From positions 1 to 64,000 of IMG/VR virus record IMGVR_UViG_3300005563_000029: a stretch of 64,000 nt of DNA, one strand, 5' to 3'. Of this stretch, positions 1 through 9,134 are shown piece after piece (the stretch's first letter is position 1; each line of letters starts with the position of its first letter). The position numbers and the translations under genes are program-made. The notes beneath the pieces were generated by a model that saw only the letters and a program-made list of their open reading frames with translations, ran no database searches and was not told the DNA's origin. The DNA comes from a virus.

Positions 1-111
1 ACACCAGGATCATGGCCTGAACTGCATCTAAGGCCTCAAGCCCCTTCCGTGGCGGCGAAAGTGTGCACGGTTGTGCGCACGTCGCCGCCGAACGATCATC
101 ACAGCAGCCGT

Positions 112-549
112 CTAGACGGCCCGGCGGCTGTCACGGCGCCGCCGGATTTCACGCCCATGGTTGATCGGAATCGTCTTCAGCGGGATCTCGACGGTGTCGG
201 CCATGTCGACCTCCTGGTACTCCAGTACGGCTGCGTCCAACAGTCGCTGCGCACGGCTGCTGGCCTTCCAGATCGCCAGGGCGTACTTGGTGTTCTCGGT
301 CAGCAGCCACGCAACCGTTGCGATGAAACCGCACAGAGCCCCCAGCCCCACAGCGGCCATCTCCACCCCTGACACGACCATGTTGTCGCTGGTGGTGCGG
401 CGTGCGATGTCGGTGATGAACGCCGCCATATACACGAAGGCAGCGGCGAACGCGCCCCCAGTGCAGCGCCGCCGTAATTTCCCGAGCGGCTCGGGATCCT
501 CCTCCGAGCTGCCGTCGATCTGCTTCCGGGAGAGGCGATGAGTGCGCAT
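112..549 (-). CDS. Hypothetical membrane protein (2 TM segments)
   Basis: GGAGG RBS upstream of ATG 549; two hydrophobic stretches. Confidence 0.6.
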   Translation of the reverse strand: MRTHRLSRKQIDGSSEEDPEPLGKLRRRCTGGAFAAAFVYMAAFITDIARRTTSDNMVVSGVEMAAVGLGALCGFIATVAWLLTENTKYALAIWKASSRAQRLLDAAVLEYQEVDMADTVEIPLKTIPINHGREIRRRRDSRRAV

Positions 550-845
550 GGAACGATGACCTCCTGACGGCGTGTCTGTACTGAGCGACCCGCCGTCCCG
601 CTCGCCAGCCCCTGCCACGGTGACGTGATCGGCGCGTATCCCTGCACGCTACGTCGCTGTGAGCCCTCTGTGAACAGAAATACAACCTGAAGTTGGATCA
701 TACTCAACACAAACCGGGGCGAACGTGCGTCCCTCGTTTGGGTGAACCCTGCGATGCGGTGTTTTGATCATGCATCGCCCCGCGCAACTGGATAAGTTGT
801 CGAACTACGCGCCAGTGGCGCCATGGTGGCGGGGAGGAGGCTGAC

Positions 846-1673
846 ATGCAGTGGGATCTTGCCCACCATCGGGGTGCCGCGTTCCCGTCGCTGATCCTGC
901 GCCCCGTCGGGGTGTACCCGATCCTGACGTCACTGTGCCAGGATCCGCACCTGCGTCCGCAGGACCTGAAGAACTATCTGGCGGAGGCGAACTTGGCAGA
1001 CGCGCCGCTGGTGGGGATGCGTGACCTGTCGGAGGGGATAAGCGGTCTGCTGCGGCACCTGCGGGAGCAGGGGCTGGTTGTGCGGTGCGTGTACCACGGG
1101 CCCGGTTCTCACACCCGCTACGAGATCACCAGGCTCGGCGCCGAGCTGGTCGGTGCGCTCGGCCCGCTGACGGCATGGGCTATGGAGGACTTCGGCTTCT
1201 TGGTGGCGGCGACACGGGTCCGGCTGGGCCTGCCGCCGCTGGACGGGCCGGTGCCGGAGTCTATGCGCGAGGAGCATCGGGCGACGGGCATGGCAATCGG
1301 TCTACTGGCCGGCATGTGGTCGAATCCGCTGATGGTGTACGTGGACAGCGCCGGCTGCGACGGCATCGGGCCGTTGGATCTCGAGGCCAGGATCAATGCC
1401 GACCTGGAGGCGACGGCTGGCCCGGAGCGGGTGGTGCGGACGCTGGCCCGGCCTATGCTGCACGACACACTTAATCGCCTGGTAGCGAAGGGTCTAATCG
1501 TATGGCAGGCAGTCGAGCCGCCGCGGGTGCGGTACCGCCTGTCGCCGCACGGCCGCGGGTTGATGGACGCTTGGTGGCAGATCGCGGACGAGTGGGGCAT
1601 CGCACGCATCCCGGAGCTGTTCCCGATCGTGCGGGCCACCTCGGGGTGGTTCGTGCAGCAGCCTGAGGAATGA
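846..1673 (+). CDS. Tandem HxlR-like winged-helix transcriptional regulator
   Basis: Two wHTH units (LRHLREQGLV..RYEITRLG; LNRLVAKGLI..PPRVRYRLSPHG); strong GGAGGAGG RBS. Confidence 0.8.
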   Translation: MQWDLAHHRGAAFPSLILRPVGVYPILTSLCQDPHLRPQDLKNYLAEANLADAPLVGMRDLSEGISGLLRHLREQGLVVRCVYHGPGSHTRYEITRLGAELVGALGPLTAWAMEDFGFLVAATRVRLGLPPLDGPVPESMREEHRATGMAIGLLAGMWSNPLMVYVDSAGCDGIGPLDLEARINADLEATAGPERVVRTLARPMLHDTLNRLVAKGLIVWQAVEPPRVRYRLSPHGRGLMDAWWQIADEWGIARIPELFPIVRATSGWFVQQPEE

Positions 1674-1694
1674 GACGCGTGGCAGGCGAGAGTG

Positions 1695-2654
1695 CTACAC
1701 AGCCACCTGCCGGCCGTCGCGCCACTGCGTGAGCACGGCCTCGTGCCCCACCTGCTCGCCGGTGTCCGGGTCCAACCGGAACCGGCCGAACACGGTCTGC
1801 GTGTCCATCGCCGCCAGCGTCTGCCACAGCGGCCCTGCCTCGGCGGAACCGCACGCGCGGACCGCAGCCTCGGCGATGACGCCGGCCGCATACGCCTGCA
1901 CACCCGGGTAGTCCGGCGCGGCGCCGAACCTGACGCGCCACCGGTCTGTGAAGTTCAACTTCTCCCGGCTGGCATCGGGCGCCCACTGCCCGATCCCGAA
2001 CACGCCGTTCGGGTTGGGGACGTCCTCGGCGAACTGTGTCACGCCGGCCGCGACCGAGCACAGAAACCGCGGAGGGTTCTGCATCGACTGCGCGGATTGA
2101 ACGGTGGCGACGTCATCTTCGTATACCCCGGCGCAGAGGAGGTCCCACGTTCCCGTGGGCGGCGAATCGGGGTTGAGTACCTCGACGGTCAGGCCAGCCG
2201 TGTACGCCGCGTCTCGGGCGCCGGTGACGATGTGGCGACCGAACGTTCCACGGCCGGCACTAGTGAACAGCGGGGCATGTTCTGCAGCGGCGAGATACGC
2301 GACGAACGGGACGGCGTAGCGGCGGGCCGGGGTGAGGACGTTGACGACACGACCGGGCTGGTTCAGGCTGCCGCCCGAACCGCCGTGGTTGAACAGTAGT
2401 CGCCCGGCCACCGCAGCGATCGGGATTGCGGCACGCATCAGCACCGTGGAATACGGCCCGAACAGCAGTTCCGTATGGGCTGCCACGATGGGTAGCTTCT
2501 CGGCCAGGACCGCCCGGTCGCTTTCGTCGTCGACCACGGTCAGATCAACGCCGGCGTCGTCCGCCCACAACCTGAGCCCCCACGCGGCCTGCTGCCCGAA
2601 CTGTGCGAACCGCCCCGTCAGCGACAGGCAGGCGCCGGCGGTCAGGCAGGTCAC
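1695..2654 (-). CDS. Branched-chain amino acid ABC substrate-binding-like protein (no signal peptide)
   Basis: LSLTGRFAQFG, DDESD and LLFGPYS motifs of the LivK/PBP1 family; GTGA overlap with the GntR stop. Confidence 0.8.
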   Translation of the reverse strand: MTCLTAGACLSLTGRFAQFGQQAAWGLRLWADDAGVDLTVVDDESDRAVLAEKLPIVAAHTELLFGPYSTVLMRAAIPIAAVAGRLLFNHGGSGGSLNQPGRVVNVLTPARRYAVPFVAYLAAAEHAPLFTSAGRGTFGRHIVTGARDAAYTAGLTVEVLNPDSPPTGTWDLLCAGVYEDDVATVQSAQSMQNPPRFLCSVAAGVTQFAEDVPNPNGVFGIGQWAPDASREKLNFTDRWRVRFGAAPDYPGVQAYAAGVIAEAAVRACGSAEAGPLWQTLAAMDTQTVFGRFRLDPDTGEQVGHEAVLTQWRDGRQVAV

Positions 2655-3430
2655 CGCAACTCCACCCGAAACCGCCACGTGTGCCGGGACGCGTCGGCGA
2701 TCTCCTCCTGCACGTATACCGGCCGGCCATGCACGTCCTCGAACGTGGTGGTGGTGTGAACCACCGTGATGCCGCGGGCCAGGCCCAGCAGGTCCCGTTC
2801 CTCGTCGGTGGGGTTGCGGCCTTCCAGATCAACCCAGGATGTGGCGAGCGGTCCGCGCAGGTCCTCCACGACCCGGGCGGTGCCGCCGCGGATCCGGGGC
2901 AGCTGCGCCAGCGGTGTCCCGGCTGCCCACGTGGCAGGGAACCAGCTGCGTACCAGCCGAACTGGCACGTCATCGGCGAACATCCGGACCAGCCGCATTA
3001 CCGTGTAGTCGCCGTCGTCGAGTCGGAGTTCGTCCGCAACGGGGCCGGGTGCGGCTACGCCATTTTGGACGTCGAGGATTTCTTGGCGCCCGATGATGCC
3101 GTGCTCGGCGACGGTGGCGTTGAATCCGGGCCGGTCAGCGTCGCGGTGGCGTCGCCAGTCGGCGGCGACGATGGCGATGCGTACCGACGGCACGGTGCGC
3201 ACGTGCGGCACCGCGCCTTGGCGCATGACGATTAGCCCGTCGGCGTGGAGTTTCTCCAGTGCTCGGCGAACCGTGATGCGGCTCGTGCCGTACTGGCGGC
3301 AGAGGTCGTGTGCGGATGGTAGTGGCGCGCCGGGGGCGTAGTGCCTGTCGAGGATGGCAGTGCGCAAATCGGCGGCGATTCGTTCCCGTGGTGGCGTCAC
3401 GGTGCTCATGCCCACACAGTAGCGCGACAT
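2651..3430 (-). CDS. GntR family regulator with UTRA domain
   Basis: IAADLRTAI..PGAPLPS..LCRQYGTSRITVRRALEKL HTH plus C-terminal UTRA; alternative start at 3409. Confidence 0.92.
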   Translation of the reverse strand: MSRYCVGMSTVTPPRERIAADLRTAILDRHYAPGAPLPSAHDLCRQYGTSRITVRRALEKLHADGLIVMRQGAVPHVRTVPSVRIAIVAADWRRHRDADRPGFNATVAEHGIIGRQEILDVQNGVAAPGPVADELRLDDGDYTVMRLVRMFADDVPVRLVRSWFPATWAAGTPLAQLPRIRGGTARVVEDLRGPLATSWVDLEGRNPTDEERDLLGLARGITVVHTTTTFEDVHGRPVYVQEEIADASRHTWRFRVELR

Positions 3431-3432
3431 GA

Positions 3433-3492
3433 GTACCCAGGTACTTGACCGGCGGTGGGCGCGGGAATATCGTCCAACTTGGGTACCCAGGT
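3433..3492 (+). promoter_or_regulatory. Sigma70-type promoter flanked by candidate GntR operators
   Basis: TTGACC(3445)-N17-TATCGT(3468); GTACCCAGGT repeated at 3433 and 3483; palindrome TGGGTACCCA at 3480-3489. Confidence 0.65.
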
Positions 3493-3510
3493 CAACGGAT
3501 CGGAGCGGCT

Positions 3511-3828
3511 ATGCAGGTCAGTCAACGAGCCGAAACGGCCGCCTCGGCGGCGCCCAAGCCGCCGTCCGCCTGCCGCTGCGGCGGTACCGGCGTCTACACC
3601 GTCGACATCACGCTCGCTGACGCCGTCGTCTCCGATCAGCGCATCTGCGTCGAACACGGCCTGCGGCCGAAGACCCGCGTCTACGACTCCACCAAGGGCT
3701 GCGTGGGTGAGGTCATGGAGGTCGTGAAGCACATCAACGGCTACTCCGTATGGCTACGCCCGACGGACGGCGGCACCGAATGGAAGACGACCGTAGGCGC
3801 GCTTCAGCCGCTGCAGGCGACTCCATGA
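3511..3828 (+). CDS. Hypothetical protein divergent from GntR
   Basis: GGAG RBS; GEVM..VWLRPTDGGTEW motif typical of actinomycete small proteins next to regulators. Confidence 0.7.
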   Translation: MQVSQRAETAASAAPKPPSACRCGGTGVYTVDITLADAVVSDQRICVEHGLRPKTRVYDSTKGCVGEVMEVVKHINGYSVWLRPTDGGTEWKTTVGALQPLQATP

Positions 3829-4124
3829 CCGTCCGCACCCGCTACGCCGGTAGCGTCACCGTCCACGCCGGCACCCGCGACGAACTCGCCGCCGTCGCCG
3901 ATGCCTACGCTCGCGGCGACCGCACGCGCCCCCACGGCTACGACCCCGACTTGTTCCGGCGTGTCGCCTCGTACCTGCGCAACGGCTGCCGTGTGTACGA
4001 CCTCGGCGCCATCCGGTTCTACTGCGACCGTGCAGACGGGACGCCGTTCCGGGGCCCCTTCGCGCCCGACCCGGATCCGGCGTGGAAGGAAAGCCAACGC
4101 GAGCCCGACACGGCCTGGGCATGA
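3825..4124 (+). CDS. Hypothetical protein
   Basis: ATGA coupling with the upstream gene; followed by a terminator. Confidence 0.65.
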   Translation: MTVRTRYAGSVTVHAGTRDELAAVADAYARGDRTRPHGYDPDLFRRVASYLRNGCRVYDLGAIRFYCDRADGTPFRGPFAPDPDPAWKESQREPDTAWA

Positions 4125-4129
4125 CGAAA

Positions 4130-4172
4130 CGGCCCCGCCCTCCGCGGACGAACCGGGAGGGCGGGGCCGAAA
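4130..4172. terminator. Bidirectional intrinsic terminator
   Basis: CGGCCCCGCCCTCC...GGAGGGCGGGGCCG inverted repeat between convergent genes. Confidence 0.8.
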
Positions 4173-4185
4173 GTTTGAGCCGGTA

Positions 4186-4992
4186 CTACAGGAATAGTGA
4201 GCGCTTCTCCGGCGGCCACACAAGCACCGCCGACAGAAGCAGCACTGGCCACGTCCGCGTGGGCTGCGACGCGCCGCCGTTGGCGATGCCGGTCTGTCGT
4301 GCAGCGGGCGCAGCGGAGGATGCAGTACTCGGCGGCGGCGACGCTGGGGCCTGCTCGCATACCACCGCGTCATGCCCGTTGATCTTCTCCGGGGTTGGCT
4401 GGTAACCGCTCGGGCATACAGGGCCGGGGCTGCCGGGTGCGCCGGAAGCACCGCTGGCGCCACTTGGCCCCGGTGGCCCGGAAGGACCGCTTGGACCCGG
4501 ACTTCCCGGCTCGCCTGCGCTCCCCGACGGGCCGACCTCGCCGCCTGGACCCGTCGGGCCCGGTGAACCCGGAGCACCCGAGGCGCCGACCGCCCCCGAC
4601 GGCCCGGCCGGCCCGGTTGCGCCGGGACTTCCCGGGGATCCCGCAGGTCCAGGCGGCCCGCTGGGCCCGACACCACCCTGCTTCCCTTCGGGACCTTGAG
4701 CGCCGGCCACGCCGGGCGGACCAACCTGCGCGATGATCTGCGCGGGCGCAGGCTGCGATGGCTGAATGCCGTGCTGCTTCAACTGGGTCTGCGCGTCGGC
4801 GAGGTTCGACGACAGCAGTGTGACCGCCTTCGACTGCTGCGACTGCTGTGCTCGCAGTTCGTCCAACTGGTTCGAGGCAGCCCCGAGCTTGGCGAGCATG
4901 AACACCAGGACCGCAACCACGACGGCGGCGAGCAGCGCTAGCGCGGCGGTCCACCAGTGTCGCCGTAAGGACTCTTGCAGCAAGTGCATCAC
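4186..4992 (-). CDS. Membrane-anchored collagen-like (Gly-X-Y) phage protein of the lysis cassette
   Basis: N-terminal TM, coiled coil, long GPx/GAx/GSP repeat, CPSGY..VVC motif. Confidence 0.85.
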   Translation of the reverse strand: MMHLLQESLRRHWWTAALALLAAVVVAVLVFMLAKLGAASNQLDELRAQQSQQSKAVTLLSSNLADAQTQLKQHGIQPSQPAPAQIIAQVGPPGVAGAQGPEGKQGGVGPSGPPGPAGSPGSPGATGPAGPSGAVGASGAPGSPGPTGPGGEVGPSGSAGEPGSPGPSGPSGPPGPSGASGASGAPGSPGPVCPSGYQPTPEKINGHDAVVCEQAPASPPPSTASSAAPAARQTGIANGGASQPTRTWPVLLLSAVLVWPPEKRSLFL

Positions 4993-5034
4993 TCCAACAC
5001 GTGCCAGTGATGGTCCTGCGCTACTCGGGGCAAT

Positions 5035-6348
5035 GCGAAAGCCTCCTGCTCTTCAGGGTGAAAAGCAGCTGAGAATCGCACTGTTTCAGTCCTTCCTGTA
5101 TGCGGATTCTGATAAACTGCAAGACGTGACGCAGCAGGTCAAGCGGGCTTTCAAGTACCGCTTCTACCCCACTGAGGAGCAGGCGGACGTACTCGTCCGC
5201 ACCTTCGGTTGCGTCCGATTCGTGTACAACAAAGCACTGCAGGAGCGTTCGGACGCTTGGCGTGAACGACAGCAGCGCACCTCGTTCATTCAGACGTCGG
5301 CGGCGCTAACGGCGTGGAAGCGCACTGAAGAGATGGCGTTCCTGAACGAGGTGTCGTCGATTCCACTGCAGCAAGCATTGCGGCACCAGCAGGCGGCGTT
5401 TACCAACTTCTTTGCCAAAAGGGCCCGGTATCCGCGGTTTAAGGATCGCAAGAAATCTCGAGCCTCGGCTACCTACACCCGCTCGGCGTTTCGGATCCGC
5501 AACGGCCGTCTGTTTCTCGCAAAGATGGCCGAATCGTTGAACATCGTGTGGTCGCGCCCGCTACCTGAGGGTGCCGAACCGACGTCGGTTACCGTGGTGA
5601 AGGATCCGGCTGGCCGCTGGCACGTATCAATTCTGTGCGAGGATCGGGTTGAACCCGCAACCAGCACTCATGCCACAGTCGGGATCGATGTTGGCCTCGA
5701 CAGCCTGGCAACCCTCTCAACGGGGGAGAAGGTCGTCAACCCGCGCCACGAGCGTCGCGACCGGGCCCGCTTGGCCAAGGCGCAGCGGGAGCTATCTCGC
5801 AAGAAACCCGACTCTGCAAACCGCGCCAAGGCAAGGGTGAAGGTCGCCCGGGTTCATGCCCGGATCGTCGACCGTCGCCGGAACTACTTGCATAAGCTGA
5901 CCACTCGACTCGTTCGTGAGAACCAAACGATCGTGATCGAGGATTTGTGTGTCCGCAACATGGTTAAGAACCATAGTCTCGCCCGCGCCATATCGGACGC
6001 ATCGTGGGGCGAGTTCCGATCGACGTTGGAGTACAAGTGTGCTTGGTACGGCCGGGAGTTGGTGGTGATCGATCGCTGGTTCCCGTCGAGCAAGCTGTGC
6101 TCGGCATGCGGGTGCCTGCAAGGCAAGATGCCGCTGAAGGTCCGGGAGTGGACGTGCCCGTGCGGCGCCGTTCATGACCGGGACGTGAACGCAGCGAAGA
6201 ACATTCTGGCCGCGGGGCTCGCGGTTACGGCCTGTGGAGCCGGCGTAAGACCCCAGCCGATTCGTCGGGGCGGGCAGTTGGCGTTGAAGCAGGAAGACCA
6301 GCTGGCGACGGCTGGAATGTCCTCCCCGAAGGGAGGGATGGATGTCAA
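5035..6348 (+). mobile_element. IS200/IS605-family TnpB-only (IS1341-like) element
   Basis: Left-end hairpin CTGCTCTTCA-GGG-TGAAAAGCAG (5046-5068); right-end hairpin CCTCCC-CGAA-GGGAGG (6321-6336) followed by TCAA at 6345-6348; no tnpA; left boundary approximate. Confidence 0.8.
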
Positions 6349-6352
6349 TTGA
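5126..6352 (+). CDS. tnpB: RNA-guided endonuclease TnpB
   Basis: KRAFKYRFYPT N-terminus, RuvC-I GIDVG, RuvC-II IEDL, zinc ribbon CSACG/CPCG, RuvC-III DRDVNAAKNI. Confidence 0.96.
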   Translation: MTQQVKRAFKYRFYPTEEQADVLVRTFGCVRFVYNKALQERSDAWRERQQRTSFIQTSAALTAWKRTEEMAFLNEVSSIPLQQALRHQQAAFTNFFAKRARYPRFKDRKKSRASATYTRSAFRIRNGRLFLAKMAESLNIVWSRPLPEGAEPTSVTVVKDPAGRWHVSILCEDRVEPATSTHATVGIDVGLDSLATLSTGEKVVNPRHERRDRARLAKAQRELSRKKPDSANRAKARVKVARVHARIVDRRRNYLHKLTTRLVRENQTIVIEDLCVRNMVKNHSLARAISDASWGEFRSTLEYKCAWYGRELVVIDRWFPSSKLCSACGCLQGKMPLKVREWTCPCGAVHDRDVNAAKNILAAGLAVTACGAGVRPQPIRRGGQLALKQEDQLATAGMSSPKGGMDVN

Positions 6353-6368
6353 TCCCTTTCGTTTGCCG
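6160..6368 (+). ncRNA. Putative TnpB omega/reRNA (scaffold overlapping the tnpB 3' end; guide from about 6349)
   Basis: Inferred from known TnpB locus architecture and the right-end TCAA; 5' limit is a guess. Confidence 0.5.
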
Positions 6369-6411
6369 CCCGCCTGGGTGCCTGTTGCCGGTGCTGACAG
6401 CGCTGGGATAA

Positions 6412-6813
6412 CTACCGGATCCCCTTTGATTGCCCCAGGACGGTCACGATCACTGTGGCGACTGCCGCCAGCGCGGCAATCAGGCCGACTGCCTTCTGCC
6501 AGGTGAGTTCGGAGCGGCGGTCTCGGTCGCGCCGTAGCTCATCGATGTCGCCCTCGACGTCTTCGACGCGCTTGTCACAGGTGGCCCGGTAGGTGTCCAA
6601 CTGGCGCTCCAGCCGGCCGAACCTCTCGGCGGATTCCTGCTCGTGGCGCCGCAGCTGCTCGCTGAGGGCACGGTGTTCGGCGTCCCAGAGTTTCACCGGC
6701 AGCATTTCCGCGGCCAGGGAGGTGAGGCGGTCGGCCTGGGCCCGATCTTCAGCTTCCAGCCGCTTCATAGCGCGGCTGATCTCGCCGGGAGTCATCGGGT
6801 CGGTGTCGGTCAC
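6412..6813 (-). CDS. Coiled-coil protein with C-terminal TM (lysis cassette, holin-associated)
   Basis: GGAGG RBS; heptad pattern and hydrophobic C-terminus; directly downstream of the endolysin. Confidence 0.75.
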   Translation of the reverse strand: MTDTDPMTPGEISRAMKRLEAEDRAQADRLTSLAAEMLPVKLWDAEHRALSEQLRRHEQESAERFGRLERQLDTYRATCDKRVEDVEGDIDELRRDRDRRSELTWQKAVGLIAALAAVATVIVTVLGQSKGIR

Positions 6814-6857
6814 GGCGCGGCCTCCCGCAGCGTAGGCGGGACAGTGCGGGTCAGCGA

Positions 6858-7952
6858 TCAGCTCTTAACAGGCGCAGGGGCTGAGGTCTGCGCCAGCGCC
6901 TGGGTTTTCGTCCCGAGCGTGACCGTCAGCGTGTTTACCACCGCTTCCGCAAGCTGGGTGGCGATCTGGTCGGCGGGCAGGTCCGCCGCGATCGCCCGCT
7001 CGATCTCAGTCTTGACCAGCGTCGCCACCGAGGCGGCAAGCGCGTCGAGATCTACTGGCTGGAACCGGGGCCGGTGGAACAGGTCGTTGACCTGGCCGCG
7101 CATCTGCTCCAGGCCGCCGGTCGGGTCGTTTGTAGCAACCCACGCGCCGTGCGCCAGCTGGCCGAACGGAACGTTCTTCACCACTTGCGGCTTGCCGTTG
7201 ACCATGACGGTGACGGATTCGCGGCCGTAGTCGTAGGTGGCCGCTGCGGTCGCCGCTGGCAGCTTCGCCAGCATCGCGTTGACGAGCAGGTCGGCGTCCG
7301 CCTGAGTCAGGGGCATGTCGCCACCTCCGAGAATCTGCTGAAGCTCCGCGAGCGTGCCGCGGAACGCGTTGTAGTCCAGGTCCATCCCGCCGTCGGATGC
7401 CTGGCTCGTGAACTGGTAGATCAGCGGTGTCACGCCGCCGTAAGGGAGCCAGCCGGCCGCGCCGCCGCCCGGGTATAGCGCCGCTGGGGTGCCGGAGCCG
7501 CCCGGGTACGACGACGACACCAGGTACACGTCGCGGCTCACCAGCCCAGACAGCGACGGCGAATCCCACTGCTGGTGCAGCCACCTGGGGATGTACGCCA
7601 GGCGCAGGTTCAAGCCGGCGGCGTGTGCGGCGTCGATCCACGCCAGAGCCTGAGCAAGTGTCGGCGTGTAGTTGCCGGTCGGTTCGACGTCGAGCATCCC
7701 CGGCAGCGCCTTGTCGCCGACGTGCGCCAGGCAGTGCGCGACCTGCGCATGCACGTCCTCGCCGGATAGGAAGTGATACCAGGCGAAGGTCTTGCCGAGA
7801 GCAGCGGCCTGCCTGCGCCAGCCGTCGTAGTCGGCGTCGGTGTAGTACGTGCCCTCCGTGGTCTTTGCGATGACGAACGCGGCGGCGGCGAGTCGGGACA
7901 GGTCCAGGCCGTGCTGGAACGACGAGATGTCGGTGCCGAAGATCGTGGTCAC
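6858..7952 (-). CDS. Endolysin, GH25 muramidase
   Basis: GTDISSFQ, KTTEGT, AWYHFL, LDVE, YQFTS and DYNAFRGT GH25 motifs. Confidence 0.93.
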   Translation of the reverse strand: MTTIFGTDISSFQHGLDLSRLAAAAFVIAKTTEGTYYTDADYDGWRRQAAALGKTFAWYHFLSGEDVHAQVAHCLAHVGDKALPGMLDVEPTGNYTPTLAQALAWIDAAHAAGLNLRLAYIPRWLHQQWDSPSLSGLVSRDVYLVSSSYPGGSGTPAALYPGGGAAGWLPYGGVTPLIYQFTSQASDGGMDLDYNAFRGTLAELQQILGGGDMPLTQADADLLVNAMLAKLPAATAAATYDYGRESVTVMVNGKPQVVKNVPFGQLAHGAWVATNDPTGGLEQMRGQVNDLFHRPRFQPVDLDALAASVATLVKTEIERAIAADLPADQIATQLAEAVVNTLTVTLGTKTQALAQTSAPAPVKS

Positions 7953-8170
7953 GGGATCCCCCTTCGTTCCGCGCCTAGCGCGTCCAGCCGCTCATGCAGT
8001 CCGGAGATCAGCGCATGTGTGGCGGCGTGCTGCTTCGCCAACACCTCGCGATGTCGGCGCAGGTGGATACGGACCCGCAACACCGCCGCACTGGCGCAGA
8101 TCGCGGAGGCGACCAGGTTCGGCCATACCGGACCCCAAAACTCCAAGTTGAGCCAGGTAAGCAGACTCAA
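7949..8170 (-). CDS. Small membrane protein, holin candidate
   Basis: Single TM (VWPNLVASAICASAAVL); GTGA overlap with the endolysin. Confidence 0.6.
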   Translation of the reverse strand: MSLLTWLNLEFWGPVWPNLVASAICASAAVLRVRIHLRRHREVLAKQHAATHALISGLHERLDALGAERRGIP

Positions 8171-8210
8171 GCCGGCCCCCTGCCATGAGAAGTCCGGTGC
8201 TGGGGACGAC

Positions 8211-8243
8211 GAAGCCCCCGCCGAAGACGGCGGGGGCTTCAAA
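8211..8243. terminator. Intrinsic terminator
   Basis: GAAGCCCCCGCCG-AAGA-CGGCGGGGGCTTC perfect stem. Confidence 0.8.
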
Positions 8244-8255
8244 GCGCGTTGTTGT

Positions 8256-8459
8256 CTACGGGATCCAGCGCTTGCGAGGGACCGGAGCGAAGTGCTTTCG
8301 GACGGCAGTAGACAGAGACCGCCACAGGCGCACCATCCAGCGCGCACACTTACGCGGCAGCCGGTGCACCCCGTGCACGGTGAACAGTCGCTTCACGCCG
8401 AAGCACATCATTACTCCGCCGCAAGCCTGCAGGATGCCCCAATACGGGTACCCGATCAT
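8256..8459 (-). CDS. Small moron-like protein (hydrophobic N-terminus, basic C-terminus)
   Basis: AAGGGGG RBS before ATG 8459; AT-rich upstream region; own terminator. Confidence 0.45.
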   Translation of the reverse strand: MIGYPYWGILQACGGVMMCFGVKRLFTVHGVHRLPRKCARWMVRLWRSLSTAVRKHFAPVPRKRWIP

Positions 8460-8623
8460 GATTCCCCCTTGGCTGAGCCGCGACCAGGTTTTGCGGACTC
8501 GCACATACGATTATGCATAGGATTAAAGGGGGTGTTAGCCGAAAACTCCGCATATAAATCGTCGAACAAGGTCAAGATATGCGCCTGACACAACGGCTAC
8601 GGCGGTACTCGCGCACCGTGTAT

Positions 8624-9109
8624 TCACCGCGGACCCGGTCTCATGTCGCCCTTCACCAGGTCCCAGGAGTCGCGAAGCTCGCGCTGGACCACCCACGCCG
8701 GGTAGCTGATCTCATGGATCCCGTAGTGAGGGTGACGGTGGTGAATGTCGCAGATCACGAGCATGTTCGACTCTGAGTCCAGCCATGCCCGCAGGTGCTC
8801 GTTGTCCGCCGCGCCCATCTCGGGGAAGTCCGCGTAGATCTTCGCCGGATCCACGGCGCCGGCCAGCGCCCACTCCACGCGCCAGTGATGCGTCTCCATC
8901 TGAACTGCGCCATGCAGATTCGCCACAGGGTCTTGGAGTGTTGAGTAGCGGACGCCGCAGATCCAGCACGGCTCGTCAAGTTCGACAATCAGGTGGTGAT
9001 GGACACGGGCGTACTCGGCGGACGCCTTACGCGGATCGTGGTCCGGGTACGCGATCGTCTCCATGAGACGCCGGTTCACGGCATGCTGACGCACCTGCTC
9101 GGCAGACAC
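8624..9109 (-). CDS. HNH-like zinc-binding protein
   Basis: CWICG ... ETHH ... NMLVICDIHH pattern; GGAG RBS. Confidence 0.65.
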   Translation of the reverse strand: MSAEQVRQHAVNRRLMETIAYPDHDPRKASAEYARVHHHLIVELDEPCWICGVRYSTLQDPVANLHGAVQMETHHWRVEWALAGAVDPAKIYADFPEMGAADNEHLRAWLDSESNMLVICDIHHRHPHYGIHEISYPAWVVQRELRDSWDLVKGDMRPGPR

Positions 9110-9134
9110 GGCGAACTCCTCAACGCCCTGCCGA

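Noticed and set aside
4419-4720. 9-bp periodic GC repeats
   Set aside because: Fully explained by Gly-X-Y collagen coding
4766-5125. Apparent 120-aa N-terminal extension of TnpB
   Set aside because: It overlaps the collagen-like gene antisense and the IS left end; TnpB homology starts at GTG 5126
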